A stretch of DNA of 64,000 bases, from NCBI GenBank assembly GCA_004431415.1, contig QPMI01000130.1, positions 29,930 through 93,929 of the forward strand. Reading direction: 5' to 3'. The position numbers and the translations under genes were made by a program. This DNA is from Cyanophora paradoxa CCMP329 (lineage: Eukaryota > Plantae > Glaucophyta). The notes beneath the pieces were generated by a model. It did not search any database, was not told the origin of the DNA, and saw only the letters and a program-made list of their open reading frames with translations. Positions 24,152 to 36,629 of the stretch are shown here, one piece after another (positions within the stretch are counted from its first letter, which is position 1; the number at the start of each line of letters is the position of its first letter).

Positions 24152-24946
24152 CAGTGCGTGAAAATTGACAGGAAATTTAAATACGCTAAATTCTGCACAT
24201 TTGTTTTTTGGTGAATTACGTATATACTGGCCACAGTCTCTAGACACCGGCCAGCACTGCGGGGGCTGCCCAGGGGGCATAAAGACAAAAAAGCAAAATA
24301 ACTAAGACAAGACCACGAAGAAAGATAAGACAAAGAGCCAGAATCGACAATAAAAAAGGAAAGACACAGAGCTCGAGACAGATCGATAGCGAGAAGAGAC
24401 GATAAATCGAGCAGATCTAGGGACAGAGGATAACTGACACGAATTCGAAGAAGAGCCAGAGCTAGACAGCTTCAAGGCGCTACGTATATACGCGCCTACT
24501 CTGTTCCCAACTGTCTAAAGCAAGTGCTTTGGGGCGAGTTCAAGCCAGTTGTGGGGGAGGCCGGGGTGGTTGATGCATATGCTCAGAATTCGAAGGGGTA
24601 CGTACATGGGATATCGCGATCGATGGCGTATGTATACCGCCCCACAACTACCGCCCCATACAAGTACCCCGATACAGTACCCCCCACAACTACCGCCCCA
24701 TACAAGCCTAGGCCTCAAGTTTTTTAAAACGCGGTAATTTGGTACCGCGGTACTACGGTATTTTGACCACCCCCGGGCCGGAGTTTTTAACGCGGTAATT
24801 TATGCCGCGGTAATTTAGTGCCACACGGTAGATTGTGGGTGCGTAGCGCCTTCAGCTTGCAATTAATATTGAAGCTGTACACAATGCACTACTACACATG
24901 TGCAGAATTTAGCGTATTTCTTGTCAATTTTCACGTGCACGCACTG
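24152..24946. mobile_element. Non-autonomous Tc1/mariner-like element (~795 bp)
   Basis: Imperfect ~45-bp TIRs: TA|CAGTGCGTGAAAATTGACAGG...AAATACGCTAAATTCTGCACA versus the reverse complement at ~24899-24946; right flank is CA rather than TA. Confidence 0.7.
24635..24830. mobile_element. Truncated MITE nested in the Tc1-like element
   Basis: Right end TAATTTAGTGCCACACGGTA matches the right end of the 53.2-kb MITE (TAATTTAGTGTTACACGGTA) and it shares that element's internal core; the left TIR is missing. Confidence 0.55.
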
Positions 24947-26355
24947 CATGTCTACGCACGGTACTACGGTAGCACGTACTCCCCCCGACCGCCGCGCCAC
25001 CGGTGGGTAACAGTCAGCAATATTTTCCGCAAAACGGTACCGGTAAATTATCAAGGAATCGAAATGATCGGATTGGCAATCTCAATTACGATAGTATCTA
25101 TAAGTTATGATCATGAATCATGATTAGGGTTGACCGTCGGACCGTCATGATCACCAGTGATCATGACTACACTGAGTGGCCCAGTGGCAGTGACTCACCA
25201 CAGCTCGGTTTTTTTACCGGTCGACCCGACAGGGCCGACACGGCCGAATATCCGGTTTCGTTAAATTCCCCTCGGGTATTCAGAATTCCCCGGCGCAAGC
25301 TATCATCGTATAGCTAGTGCATTCTACCCGGTAGCTTGACGGCTACAACGTCCTGCAGCGCGACTAGCCGGCGTGCATCGGGTGAAAAGTTATCGCGATC
25401 GCCGGCTACCCTTGCCCATATCCGGGCCGTGTTGGGTCGATTAGGAAACAAAACGAGCTGTGCACGTGGTGGCACCGCCGGCCGAGCGCGCCGCGCGGGC
25501 CGCGCGCAGGGTTCCGGCCGAAAACTTTTTCGAAAAATGAAACAAAATTTTTTGTAAAATGTTTTGCAAAATGTTTTGCAAACTTTTTTGGTCTCGGCTG
25601 GACGCTCAAAAAAGTTTGCACGAGAAAATATTCGGGGGGCCCTTTTCTCGTGCAGAACACGTCGTAATAAACTTCCTATACGTATCTCTTGCATATGCGA
25701 TAGGGGCACTCTGCACGTCGATAAGGTTCAGACCTCACTGTACCCCTGGCGAGCCCTAGGAAATTCATGAGTGTGCCTTCGCCCAAATGGGCTCGAAATA
25801 AAACTTCTGACCACTTCCCATGCTACAAGAATGTTAAGAGGACCTTAAGAGCACGTTTAGAGCGCGTTTGCGCGCCTCTGGAACGTGCCTTCTCGTTTGT
25901 ATGGCAAAAGTTTTTGGGAAATCTTTCAAAAATGTTTAAAATAGTTTTAAATTTTTTTGGGGGTCTCCTGGGCCCACAAAAAATTTTGGAACTCTGGCCG
26001 CGCGGCGAGCTGCAGGCTGCAGCTGTGCGCATGCACGTGCGCATGCATGCGCATGCGCACGGTTGACGTCGACCGTCACGCGCGCCGCGGCGCGTGTCCG
26101 ACGGTCGGACCGTCGAGTCCCTGAGATGCCATCATATTTAAGAACTAGCCTAGTAGTAGTACTTTAAGAACGGCCCGGCGGAAACTCCGCGACTCCGCGA
26201 CTCCGCCATAGGCGGGTCAGCCGCTAGTACCCTTCTCCATACAAAAATCCCGTTAAAGAGTATCAAATATTCGTCAAAGTGCACTGGCAGGTCTGACGAA
26301 TATAGACAAAATAAAGACGCTGTCGAAGATTCCTACGTACTGTATACGTTTACAG

Positions 26356-26561
26356 TACCGTAGAGCAGGAAAATACTGGGCTCCAGTACTAGTATTTCCC
26401 TGCTGCTAAGCTGCCCCATACAGTACCCCCTAAAATTATCGCCCCATACAAGCCTGACAAGATTTTGGTCCACTAATTTCGGGCTCCAGTATTTTGCCGA
26501 AGGGAGGGCCAAGTTCTCTAGTCCACTAATTTCCGGCCCACTATTTTCCTGCTCTACGGTA
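26356..26561. mobile_element. MITE (Tc1/mariner-pogo type, TA target duplication)
   Basis: TACCGTAGAGCAGGAAAATACTGGGC versus the reverse complement of GCCCACTATTTTCCTGCTCTACGGTA: 25/26 match including the TA. Confidence 0.85.
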
Positions 26562-26968
26562 GTAGACTCGCCGTCGGACTCCCTCATCGTCCACGATTCG
26601 TCCATCGTCCTTCGCATCGTCCATCGTCCATCGTCCATCGTCGATCGTACGCGTCCGGATCCATTCGTTGACACATGGAAAAACAACAAAAATCCTCCGA
26701 AAATTAAACGAAAAAAACACGGACAGTCTTCGATTCGAGATATCCCCAGTGATTCCCCACTCCCGAGTCCTGCAAACTTTGAAAGCTTCAAGGCCAAAAC
26801 AAGCTTAAGACTCTGATATATCGATCATGAGACATGTACATATATAACGCGTGCAAACTTTAAGTCTTATCGAATTCAATCAAGCGGAGATGGCATGGAG
26901 GCAGCAGCCTCCACATGTACATGCGGCAGCGAGCCTGCAGCAGATGTACTGGTAGATGCGGTGCAGGC

Positions 26969-28512
26969 CTAGGGCCAGATGCTGCGGGCACGATGGTGGC
27001 TCTCGTCCTGCCCCTCCCCAAGGGGCGCCCCCTCGAACGAGATGCGCCCGTAGAGCTCCCGGCAGTGCTCGTCACACGCCAGCAGCCTGCCGCAGTGCGC
27101 CGGCACGCGCCCATGATCAGCAAAGGCATCCATCGCGAGCTCGAGCTCGGACGTCGACGCCTCCCTTCAGCTTTCGCACGCACTCCGGTACAAGCAGCGC
27201 TTGCGGCTCCGGGGGGAGGGCCAGCCTCGAGAGCCCGCAGTAGCTGCGCGACGCCGATGTCGCCTCAGGACGGCACTGGGGGAGAGCACAAGCATGCGCG
27301 AGGGAGGGGGGGGAGGGGGGAGGGAGGGAAAAGGTGGGGGGTGGGGGGGGGGTGGGGGGGGTGGGGGTGGGGGGGGTGGGGGGGTGGGGGGGGGTGGGGG
27401 GGGGGGCGCGAACGGGGTGTGGACCTGCACCGAAGAAGAGGGGAATGAGGGTGCGGGGGCGCGGGGGCAGGGGGAAGGCGGGGGCGGACGTGGACGGCGG
27501 GGCCGGCGAGGTGCTGGACGACCGCCTGCATGCCCGCCGCGTGCACTGCCAGCAGCGCGCGCCGCCCCGCCCCCCGCACCCGCTCCTCCACCAGCCGCCG
27601 CGCCGCCGCCCCGCAACGCCTGCCGCCCACCACTCAGAGGGGCCCCACGGGCGCCCAGGGGCCCGCGCCCAGAGGGGCGCCCAGCGGCCCGGTGCGCTGG
27701 CCGTGCGGAACTGGAAGCAGGCCTCCTTCGCCTCGGGGTACACGGCCCGGAAGGCGCTCCTGGGTCGCGGAAAGGAGCAGGTCGCGCGGGCTCGGCGGTC
27801 CGGCGGCGCGCGGCGCGCGCACTCATACTCGAAGTCGAGCTGAGGGAAGCGGCGGAGGGCCTCCTCCCGCGGCGCTGCCCGAGGCGTGAGGCGCGAGACA
27901 GGAGGCACGCGGGGCCGGGCCGGCGCGCTCTCGTCGAGCCAGATGCGGGGCTGGTCCGAGCCCGTGCGCTTTCTCTCCTCGGCATAGTGGGGGTCGTGCT
28001 CGGGCAGCCACTCGCTCAAGCCCCGCTCGATCTGCGCGAGCGTGGGCGGGACCGATGGCCGAGATCGCTGCGTCCGCACGGGCCTTGATCTTGATGTTCA
28101 GAGCAGCGCTGTCGACCGCGACCATCAGCGCGCGGATGCGCAATGAAATGGCGCGGCCGGGCGGGGCGGACGCGAGGGGCGCCACGGTTTGGATGACGCG
28201 ATAGAAAGGTGAAGAATAGATCTCTTGGATGCCACTGTCTTTCAGGCGTTTGGCTAGCTCCAAAGCCTGGAGCTCGCCACGGGCGCTCTGCGGGGCAGGT
28301 GCAGTGAGCGGCAGCAAGAAACGCGCGACGAAACCGAACCAAAGGCGGGTCCAAGGCGCGCGCGGGCTTCGAGCTCATCCACGCTCCTCCATCCACCTGG
28401 TGCAATGCGCATGCGCACCTGAGCAATGCACATTCATGCACAGCACAATGCGTACCTGATCAATACGCTCTCCGTGGCGGACGATGTGCACGACGAGGCC
28501 TTCTCCAGGCAT
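26969..28512 (-). CDS. Histidine phosphatase / phosphoglycerate mutase-like protein
   Basis: VHIVRHGERID, LSARGELQA-like segment, IYSSPFYRVIQT, IERGLSEW, LLAVHAA and YCGLSRL; 3' exons uncertain. Confidence 0.85.
27301..27407. repeat. G-run tract (GnT/GnA), C-rich on the coding strand, probably intronic
   Basis: About 100 nt composed almost entirely of G runs. Confidence 0.85.
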
Positions 28513-28718
28513 CTCAACGTCGACGTCGTCCTCTGGTGCAAGCCAGCGCTCGGCAATGACAAGCCGGAGTTTGCCAAGTAATATTCAATGATTAGCGCTC
28601 GCTCACGGCGGCCGACGCGGCCGTGGATAGATACAGTGCCCGGCTCTTGGCCTTCTGCTAGTTTCTACGACGACGACGACGAACGTCGATGCCGGGGTAC
28701 AGAAGCATCGAGCGCAAG

Positions 28719-29174
28719 ATGGTACGTCCGCGCCCTCGCCGTCGTGCTCTGGGCTGCGCCGAAGGCGCCACGGGACGTGTAGCTCGCTTTCTGTCCGTAT
28801 GAGACCGGTCTTTGACTAGCGCTCGTGCTCAGGCGGGCGAAGGCGTTCCTTTCTCGAGCCCGGTGTCGATGGCGCTCTATCCGACACTGGCGACGCTTTT
28901 CATGGGAGTCGGGCTGCTTCTGCTCGCCTCCTTCTTCGTGTGCGTTCGAGCCGCGCATCTGGAGCTCTCCGACGCTGACCGACAGCACACAGGTACGAGG
29001 TCACCAGCAACAAGTACACCCGGAAGATCGAGCGGGAAGGCGCCATCGCCGCGGGCGCTTCCGTGTTCCTGGGTGCGCCCCGATGGGCAGTGTGTTCTCG
29101 TCCTCGCTCACCCTCGCCGGCGCTCAGGCTTCGGCATCGTCTTCTTGTTGAACTCCCAGAATGTGTTCGTATAG
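28719..29174 (+). CDS. TMEM258: Oligosaccharyltransferase small subunit (TMEM258/OST5 family)
   Basis: M|AGEGVPFSSPVSMALYPTLATLFMGVGLLLLASFFV|YEVTSNKYTRKIEREGAIAAGASVFL|GFGIVFLLNSQNVFV*; the first coding exon is the ATG alone. Confidence 0.9.
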
Positions 29175-29785
29175 CCTTCTGCGCTCCCTCGTCCCCGTAG
29201 TTAGGCAGGTGTAGTCAAACAGGGCCATTCCATCCTCGCCGCCTGCCCGGCAATCGGGCAGCGGCACCACGGGGCCGCAGGGCGTCATTGGTCCATCTTT
29301 TTGATCCGCAGACTGTGTACCGCCTGTGTGGTACCTGCTGCAGCACGCTCCGCGACCGCGGCAGGTCGCGCGCCGGAGACCGGAGATCTGGATTCCCAAT
29401 TAGAAGCAAAGAGAGACTACTTTCTCTCGTCACTGATTTTCTTTTGCTTTCTTTTATATGCATGCCGTACTGTGCGTGAGGAAGGCCTTCAATTCTGCAG
29501 CAGCGCCGCCACCTCGGATCAAATGTGGTTCTCGAAGCGGGCGAGGCCTAGCTATAGGTGGCGTGGCGGATTGCCGCCGCCCTAAGTTCATCGATCCGGG
29601 TCCCTGCTAGGCTTCCTACCCGTAACTGCCGCGAGATTCAATTGCAACGATTTACCCCTAACCGCCGCCGCGGGAAAGCGAGGGTCTAGGTAGGTGCACG
29701 TGCACGTGCAGCCTAGGCCTTGTGTACCGTTTACGAAGTTGTAGGCTTGAGAAGCGGTAGCCGGCGCGCTGGAGCGGCCGCGGCC

Positions 29786-31721
29786 ATGGCATCGAACTCG
29801 TCGCTCTCGCGCGAGCTACTGGTCGCCGCGCGAACGGCGGACCGCGTGTTGCTGTTGAGCGCCCTCGAGCGAGGCGTGGCGCTCGACGCGACCGACGAGG
29901 AGGGCAGGTATGCAGTTACTCATCCGCGCCCCCCGCCGTGCGCTCATCCGCCCCGACGCCAGAACTGCGCTGCATCTCGCGGCGCTTGCGGGCTCGCAGG
30001 ACGGCGTCTCCTTACTCCTGTCGAAGAAGGCGCCGGTCGACGCCCTGGACGACGAGCTGCGAACGCCTCTCTTCCTCGCAGCCTCGCGCGGCAACGTCGA
30101 CTGCGCGCGCCTTCTCCTCGACGCCGGTGCCTCGCCGAACGCCGCCACCCGCGGCGGCGCCGTGCCCCTCCACGCCGCCGCCGCCCTCGGCAGCGCCGGC
30201 ACGCCCGTCGCATCGTGCGCGCCCGCCCGCCCGCGCCGGCGCCGCGGCCGCCGCCGACGGGGCCTGCACGCAGCGTTCTCCTCGGCAAGTCGGCGAACCC
30301 GCTGCTGGCGGACGGGGAAAAGCGGCTGCCGCTCCATGTCGCCTGCCAGGCGGGCGCCTCCGACCTCGTCCGGTGCGTGCCGCCCCGCGCGCCGGGGGCC
30401 GGCCGCACGCGCCGCCCGGCGAGGCCGGCGCAGGCTGCTCTCGGACCCGTCGCTGGTGAGCGCGGCGGACGGGGCGGGGCGGACGCCGCTGCACTGCGCG
30501 GCGGCGGCCGGCTGCACGGAGGCCGTCGCGATGCTTCTCGCGCGCGGCGCCGACCCGCGCGCCCGCGACGCCGCCACCCTCACCCCGCTCCTCGCCGTGC
30601 GCCCCGCCCCGGCCCCGCCCCGCCGCCCCCGACGGGCGCCGCGGGGGCGCAGGCGGCGGAGAAGGGCCACGCGGGGGCCTGCCGGGCCCTCCTCGAGGCA
30701 GGCGCCGACCCCCGCGCCCGCACCGGCGAGCGCGCCGGCAGCCGCCCGTGCGTGCGCCCCGCCCCCGCCCCGGCGCGGGAGGGCGAGGCGGGGCGGGCAG
30801 GGCGCTGCTGCTGGCTGCGGCGGCGGGCTCGCTGGCGGCGGTGCGGGCGCTGCTCGACGCCGGCGCCGCCCCCGACGACACCGACGCCCTCCGCCGCTCC
30901 GTCCGCCCCGCCCGCCCGCCCCGGCGCGGCGCGGGCGGGGTGAGGGCCGGGGCGGGGGGCAGGCGCTGCACGCGGCGTGCGAGGGCGGGAGCGTGGAGGT
31001 CGTCCAGTTCCTCGTCGAGGCCCGCGCCGCCGACCCCCGCCTCCCCTGCCTCCAGGCCCGCCGCCCCCGCAGCCCCGCCGCGCCCCCGCGCGGGGCTGAG
31101 GGGCGGGGGCAGAAGCGGGTGGCGCTGCACTACGCGGCGGGCGGGGGCGGGGTGGGCGTGCTGGGGTACCTGCTCGCCGCCGGCGTCGACGTGCACGCCC
31201 GCGACAAGGACCAGCGCACAGCCCTCCACCACGCGGGTATCCCCCGCCCCCCGCCCCGCCGCGCCCCGCCCCTCACCCGAGGGCCCCTCTCCAGCCGACT
31301 GCGGGCACCGCGAGGCCGCCGCGTGCGCCCCTCCGCCCGCGGCTCTCGAGCCCGCGGCCGACAGGGCTGCAGGCTGCTGATCGAGAAGGGCGTCGACGTG
31401 AACGCGCCGGACGAGCAGCGGGCGACGCCGCTGCACCTCGCGGCGGCGTCGGGCCACGCGGGGGTGGCGCAGCTGCTGGTGGAGCGGGGGGCCCGCATCG
31501 GGGCCTTCGACGCGCTGCTGTGCAGCCCGCTCCACATGGCCGCCAAGCACGGCCACCTCGACCTCGCCAAGCGCGCCCCGCCCCGCCCCGCCCGCCCCCC
31601 CGCCCCGCCCCGCCCCGGCCCGAGCGCCCAGCAGGCTGCTCTGCTCGGCGGGGGCGAACGTAAACGCGTGCGGGGCTCCTCCGAGGGCCGCGCCAGCGCG
31701 CGGGGCGGCGGGGAGGAGGGC

Positions 31722-31752
<31 letters not shown>

Positions 31753-34700
31753 TCTCGGGGTGGGCGCTGGAGTACCCCCCGCTCTACCTCGCGGTCGTCC
31801 ACAACCGCGCCGCCGTCGCCAGGCGCCCCGCCGCCCCCGCCGCCCCCGCCCGCGCCCCCGCCGCCGCCGCCGCTGACGTCGCGCCAGGTTCCTCATCTCC
31901 CGCGGCGCCGACGCCGGCTTCGTCGACCCCCAGGCCCGCCCCGCCGCGCGCCCCACGCCGCCCCTCCGAGCCCGCCCCGCCCCAGGGCCAGCCCCTCGTC
32001 CACCTCGCCGCCAAGGCCGGCCACTCCGGTCCCCGCCCCGCCCCGCCCGCCCCGCCCCGCCCCGCGCCCCTCACCCTCGCGCCCCGCAGACGTGCTTCGG
32101 TGCGCGCCGAATCGCCGCCTGCGGGGTGCGGGGCGCGGGCCTCAGCGGGGCGGGCGGGAGCAGGGCGCTGGTGGAGTGCGGGCGGACCTGGCGACCCTCA
32201 ACGCCGCCAACCACACCCCGCTCCAGGTCCCCCGCCCCGCCCCGACCCTCCGCCCGGCCCCCGACGCCGCCGCCGCCCCGGCAGGCCGCGCTCCTCGCCG
32301 AGAAGCACGACTGCGCCGCGTGCGCCCGCCCCGCCCCGGCGCGCGGGCGGGCGGGCGGTGGTGAGGCGGGCGGGGCAGGCTGCTGCTGGCGGGGAAGGCG
32401 CCGGTGCGGAACTACTCGCCCGAGTGGCGCGAGGCGCCCGTCTTCCTCGCCCTCTCAGCGCGCGCCCCCGACCTCTTCCGCGTCCGCCCGCCCCGGCCCC
32501 GCCCCGGCCCGGCGCGGGCGGGGCGAGCGGGCGGGGCCGGGGCAGACGGTGGTGGAGCGGGGCGGGCGGACGCGCTGTCGGCGGAGGAGCAGGCGCTGCT
32601 GATCTACGGGGCGCTGGAGGCGGGGCCCAAGTTCGAGGCGGCGGCGTGCGGGCTCATCGGGCGGTGCGGGGAGGCCCTCGCCCTCTCCGGCCAGCTCTTC
32701 CTCCACCAGGCACCCCCGCCCCGCCCCGCCCCGCCCTGCCCCCGCGGGGCGGCTGAGGCGGGGGCAGGGGGCGCGCTTCGGGTGCCCGCGGGCGCTGGAG
32801 GCGCTCCTCGGGGCCGGCCACTGCGACCTCGACGCCCTCGACGCCGACGGCAAGCGCGCCGCCGAGGCCCGCCCGCCCCGCCCCGCCCCGCCTCGCCCCG
32901 CCCTGCCCCGCCCCGCGCTGACAGGGCGGCCGGCAGGTGGCGGCGGAGGCCGGGCACGAGCGGTGCCGGCGGCTGCTGAGCGAGGCGCAGCGCGCCGCGC
33001 GGCTCTACCGCGGCCGCTACCGCCTCGTCGGGCACCCGACGCCGGCCCCGCCCCGCCCCGCCGCCCCGGCCCCCGGCGGGCCGGCCTCGGAGAGGAAGGA
33101 GGGGCGGGGCGGCCCTCTTTGAAGCGCGCGAGCGACGCGGCGCGCGCCGCCGCGCGCCTCGCCGCCGCCGCCGCCCTCGCCCAGCAGACCGGCAGCCCGC
33201 GCCGCGTGCGCCCCGCCCCCGCACCCGGCCCCGCCCCCGCCCCGCCGCTGAGGGGCGGCAGGCCCCGCCGGACTCGCACCGGAGCGGGGCGAGCGGGGCG
33301 AGCACGCCGGCGAGCCCGGCGCTGCGGAGCGTCTCCCTGGGCCCGCCCTCGGCCGCCTCCACAGCCCGCACGGGCGCCGAGGGACCCGCCACAGGTCCGC
33401 CCCGCGCCCCCCCCCCGTCGCCCTGCCGGCGCCGAGCGGGCGGGGCGGGGCAGGGCGGGTGGCGGAGGTGGCGATTGGGGCGACAGACGTGCAGCGGGGG
33501 GCGCGGGTGACGCTGCGGCTCTTCTCGCGGCGGTCGGACTGGGAGGTGGAGAGCCTGGCGCTGGGCCTGCTGCGCGGCGAGCACGCCGCCGCCCTCCTCG
33601 ACGCCTTCGAGGACCGCGACGCGTCCGCCCGCCCCGGCCCCGGCCCCGGCCCCCGCCCCGGCCGCCTCGGACGGGGCGGGGCCGGGGGCAGGTTCCCCGG
33701 GAGCCCGTACGCGCTGGTGACGGAGGCGCCCGACGAGTGGCTCCCCGACTTCGCCGCCCGCCGCCGTCCGCCCCCGCCCGCCCCCCGCCGCGCCGCCGCC
33801 CGGGCGCGAGGGGCGGGCGTTTGCAGGGGGCGACGTGGCGCGCGGGGAGGCGGTGGCGATCGCCCTCGCCCTCGTCTCCACCCTCACCCGCCTCCGCCAG
33901 CAGGGCCCGCCCCGCCCTCGCGCCCCGCCCCGCCCGCCCCGCTCACGCCCCGCAGGCTTCGTCCACGGAGCGCTCTCCGCCGGCCAGTTCGGGCGGGCGC
34001 CCTGCGGCGTCTGGAAGATCTACCGCGTCTGCACGCCGGCGCCCCTCCGCAAGCGCGGCGAGGTCCCCGCCCGCCCCGCCCCCGCCCCTGCCCCGCCCTC
34101 CCTCCCCGGCCCTCACTCTCCGCGGCAGCGCATGCCCGTGGAGCTGCCGCCGCTGCTGCCCGACGAGCGCCCCGCGGGGCCGGCGGGGGCCCCCGCTTTG
34201 CCCCTCCCCGTCGCCTGCTCCGCCTTCGTCCCCGCCGCGGGCCCCGCCACGCCCCTCAACCTCTCCGCCGCCTCCCTCCCCTTCTCCCCGGCCGCCCTCC
34301 TCGCCGCCGGGCCCGCGCCGCCTGTCGCGTGCCCGCCGCTGCTGCCCGAGGCGGCGCGCGTGGCGGCGGCCGGCGGGGCGAGGCCCTGCGCGCCGACTTC
34401 CCCATGGACGTCTTCCGCGCCGGCCACATCCTCGCTGAGGCCCGCCCCGCCCCGCCCGCCCGCCCGCCCGGGCCGGGCTGAGGCGGCGTGCGGGGCGCGC
34501 AGGTGCTGACGGGGCGGGCGCTGCTGCCGCGCGCCGCCGCCCCGCCGGCCGCCTCGCCGCCCCCGCGGCACGCGCGGCGGCCCTCCGCCGACCGGGACGC
34601 CCCCGAGGGCGCCGCCTCGCCGGCCTCGTCCGCCGCCTCCTCGCCCCGCCTCTCCGCCTCGGCCCCGCCGCGCGCCCCGCACGGGCCGCCCGCGGCGCCG

Positions 34701-36629
34701 CCGCCGCACTTCGCGGCTCCGCTGAGCGCGGGGGACGTGCACGCGGCGTACGCGGCGCTGGCCTCGCCCGAGGCGCTGCGGCTGGCGGAGGCGGAGGGCG
34801 GGGCCCTCGACGACGACCAGCGCGCCTTCCTCGAGGCCCTCCTCGCCAAGGCGCCCCGCCCCCGCCCCGCCCCCGCCCTCGTTCCGCCTCTGACGGGGGC
34901 GCAGGAGCCGGCCGCCCGCCCCGCCCCGGACCGCCTCCTCGTGCGCCCCGCCCCCGCCCCCGCCCCCACCCCCGCGCCGGGGCCGGCGCCGGGGGCGACG
35001 GGGGCGCCGCAGGCGCACTCGTTCTTCGCGGGACGGAGGGCGACGAGGCGGCCCCGCGCGGCGGCCCCAGCGGCGCCGGCACCCCGCCCCCTCTCCCGCC
35101 GCGACTCCCTCGGCGCGCCCCCTGCCCCCGCCGCGGACGCGCCCTGACGCGGGGCGGCAGGCTCGGCGGGGCGGCGGGGCGGCGGGGGCCGGGGCGGGCG
35201 GTGCGGGCGGCGGAGGTGGCGGGGGCGCTGGGGCGGAGCGGGGGGATGCTGGAGCGCGTGCGGGCGCTGGAGGCGGAGCGGGCGGACTGGGAGCGGGAGC
35301 GCGCCGCCCTCACCGCTGAGGTCGCCAACCTCGAGCGCCAGGTGCCCCCGCCCCGCCCCCGAGGCCCGCCGCGGCGGACGGGGCGCCTGGACAGGTTCGG
35401 GAGCGGGAGCGTGCGCGGGGGGCGGCGGAGGAGGCGGCGCGGGCGTGGGAGGACCAGCTCGGCCTTCTCCGCGGCGAGATGCTCGCCCGCGAGGCCCGCC
35501 CCCTCGCCCCCGCCCCCCGCCGCCCCCCGCCACTCTTTCGGCGCGCGAGGCGGGCGGGGGGCGCAGGCGGCGCTGGACGCGGCGCGGGAGGAGGTGCACC
35601 TCCTCAAGGCCCGCCTCATGAACTCCGAGAACGACGGCCCGCCCCGCCCCGCCGCCCCCTCGTCTCCGGGCGCCGCGGCTGACGGGCGGGGGCAGTGGCG
35701 CACCTGACGCAGCAGCTGCGGACAGCACAGCAGCAGGCGAAGGCCTCCCCGCTCGCCGCCCTCCTCCCCTCCGGCATCATCGACTCCCTCCTCGGTGCCC
35801 CCGCCCCCGCCCCGCCGCCCCCGCCCCCTCTGAGGCGGGGCAGGGGCGACGGGGGCGGGCGGGTGCCTGCCGGGGGCGGGGCCGGTGGAGGGGCGGGCCC
35901 CGGGGCGGCGGCGGCCAACGCCTTCCTCTCCCTCGCCCTCTGCGGCTCCCCGCCCGGCCGCCCGCCCCCGCCGTCCCCGCCTCCCCGCCGGCACCCCCGG
36001 CCCGCCCACGGCCACGTCCACACCAGCCCCCCGCCCCAGCGCACCCCGCCCCCGGACCCGCGCCGGCGCCCGCGCCGGGACCCCAGGGGTACGGGGCGGG
36101 CCGGGCCGCAGGGGTACGGGGCGGGGCCGGGGCCGCAGGGTACGGGGCGGGGCCTGCGGGGGCCCGGGGTCGTCGCGGGGGATGGCGATGGAGATGGGCC
36201 TCGGGGGCTCCAACTCGGCCCGCGCCCGCCCCGCCTACGCCCTCGCCCAGCCCACCCCGCCCATCGTCCGCCCCGCCCCACGCCCCCCTCGAGAGGCCCC
36301 TCTGACCCCAGCGCAGGCGGCGGCGCCCGTCCCGCGTTCCGACTCGTTCCGCGGGGGCCAGGGGGCCCCGGGGGCCCGCCTTCCCCGCCCCGCACAACGC
36401 CGCCCCGAGCCGCGTCCCCGCGCCAGCCCCGCCGCACGGGCACTACGCGCCGCCGCCGCCGCCGCACGTGACGGGCGGGGCGTACGGCCCCGTGCACGGC
36501 GGGGCGGCCATGGGGCCGCCGATGGCCCCCGGGATCGGGGTGGCGGGCGTGCCGCAGATCCCCGTGCCGCGGTACGAGGGGGCGCCCGGCTGGATGGCCC
36601 CCCAGCAGGTCTACGGCCACCCCCGCTAG
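29786..36629 (+). CDS. Ankyrin-repeat protein with pseudokinase domain, coiled coil and Pro/Gly/Tyr-rich tail
   Basis: Many (T/A)PLH-x-AA ankyrin repeats at 29.8-33.0 kb; kinase-fold remnants at 33.5-35.0 kb (GFVHGAL, MDVFRAGHILAEVLTG, RP...LLAHSFF); coiled coil at 35.2-35.75 kb. Confidence 0.8.

Noticed and set aside
25400-26010. AT-rich block with weak inverted ends (CAGGGTTCC / GGAACTCTG)
   Set aside because: Probably a transposon remnant, but the TIRs are too short and no TSD was found.
29900-36000. Introner-type mobile introns
   Set aside because: Intron similarity is limited to low-complexity CCCCG/GGGGC repeats and splice signals; no shared complex sequence, TIRs or TSDs, apart from the adjacent MUB pair reported separately.
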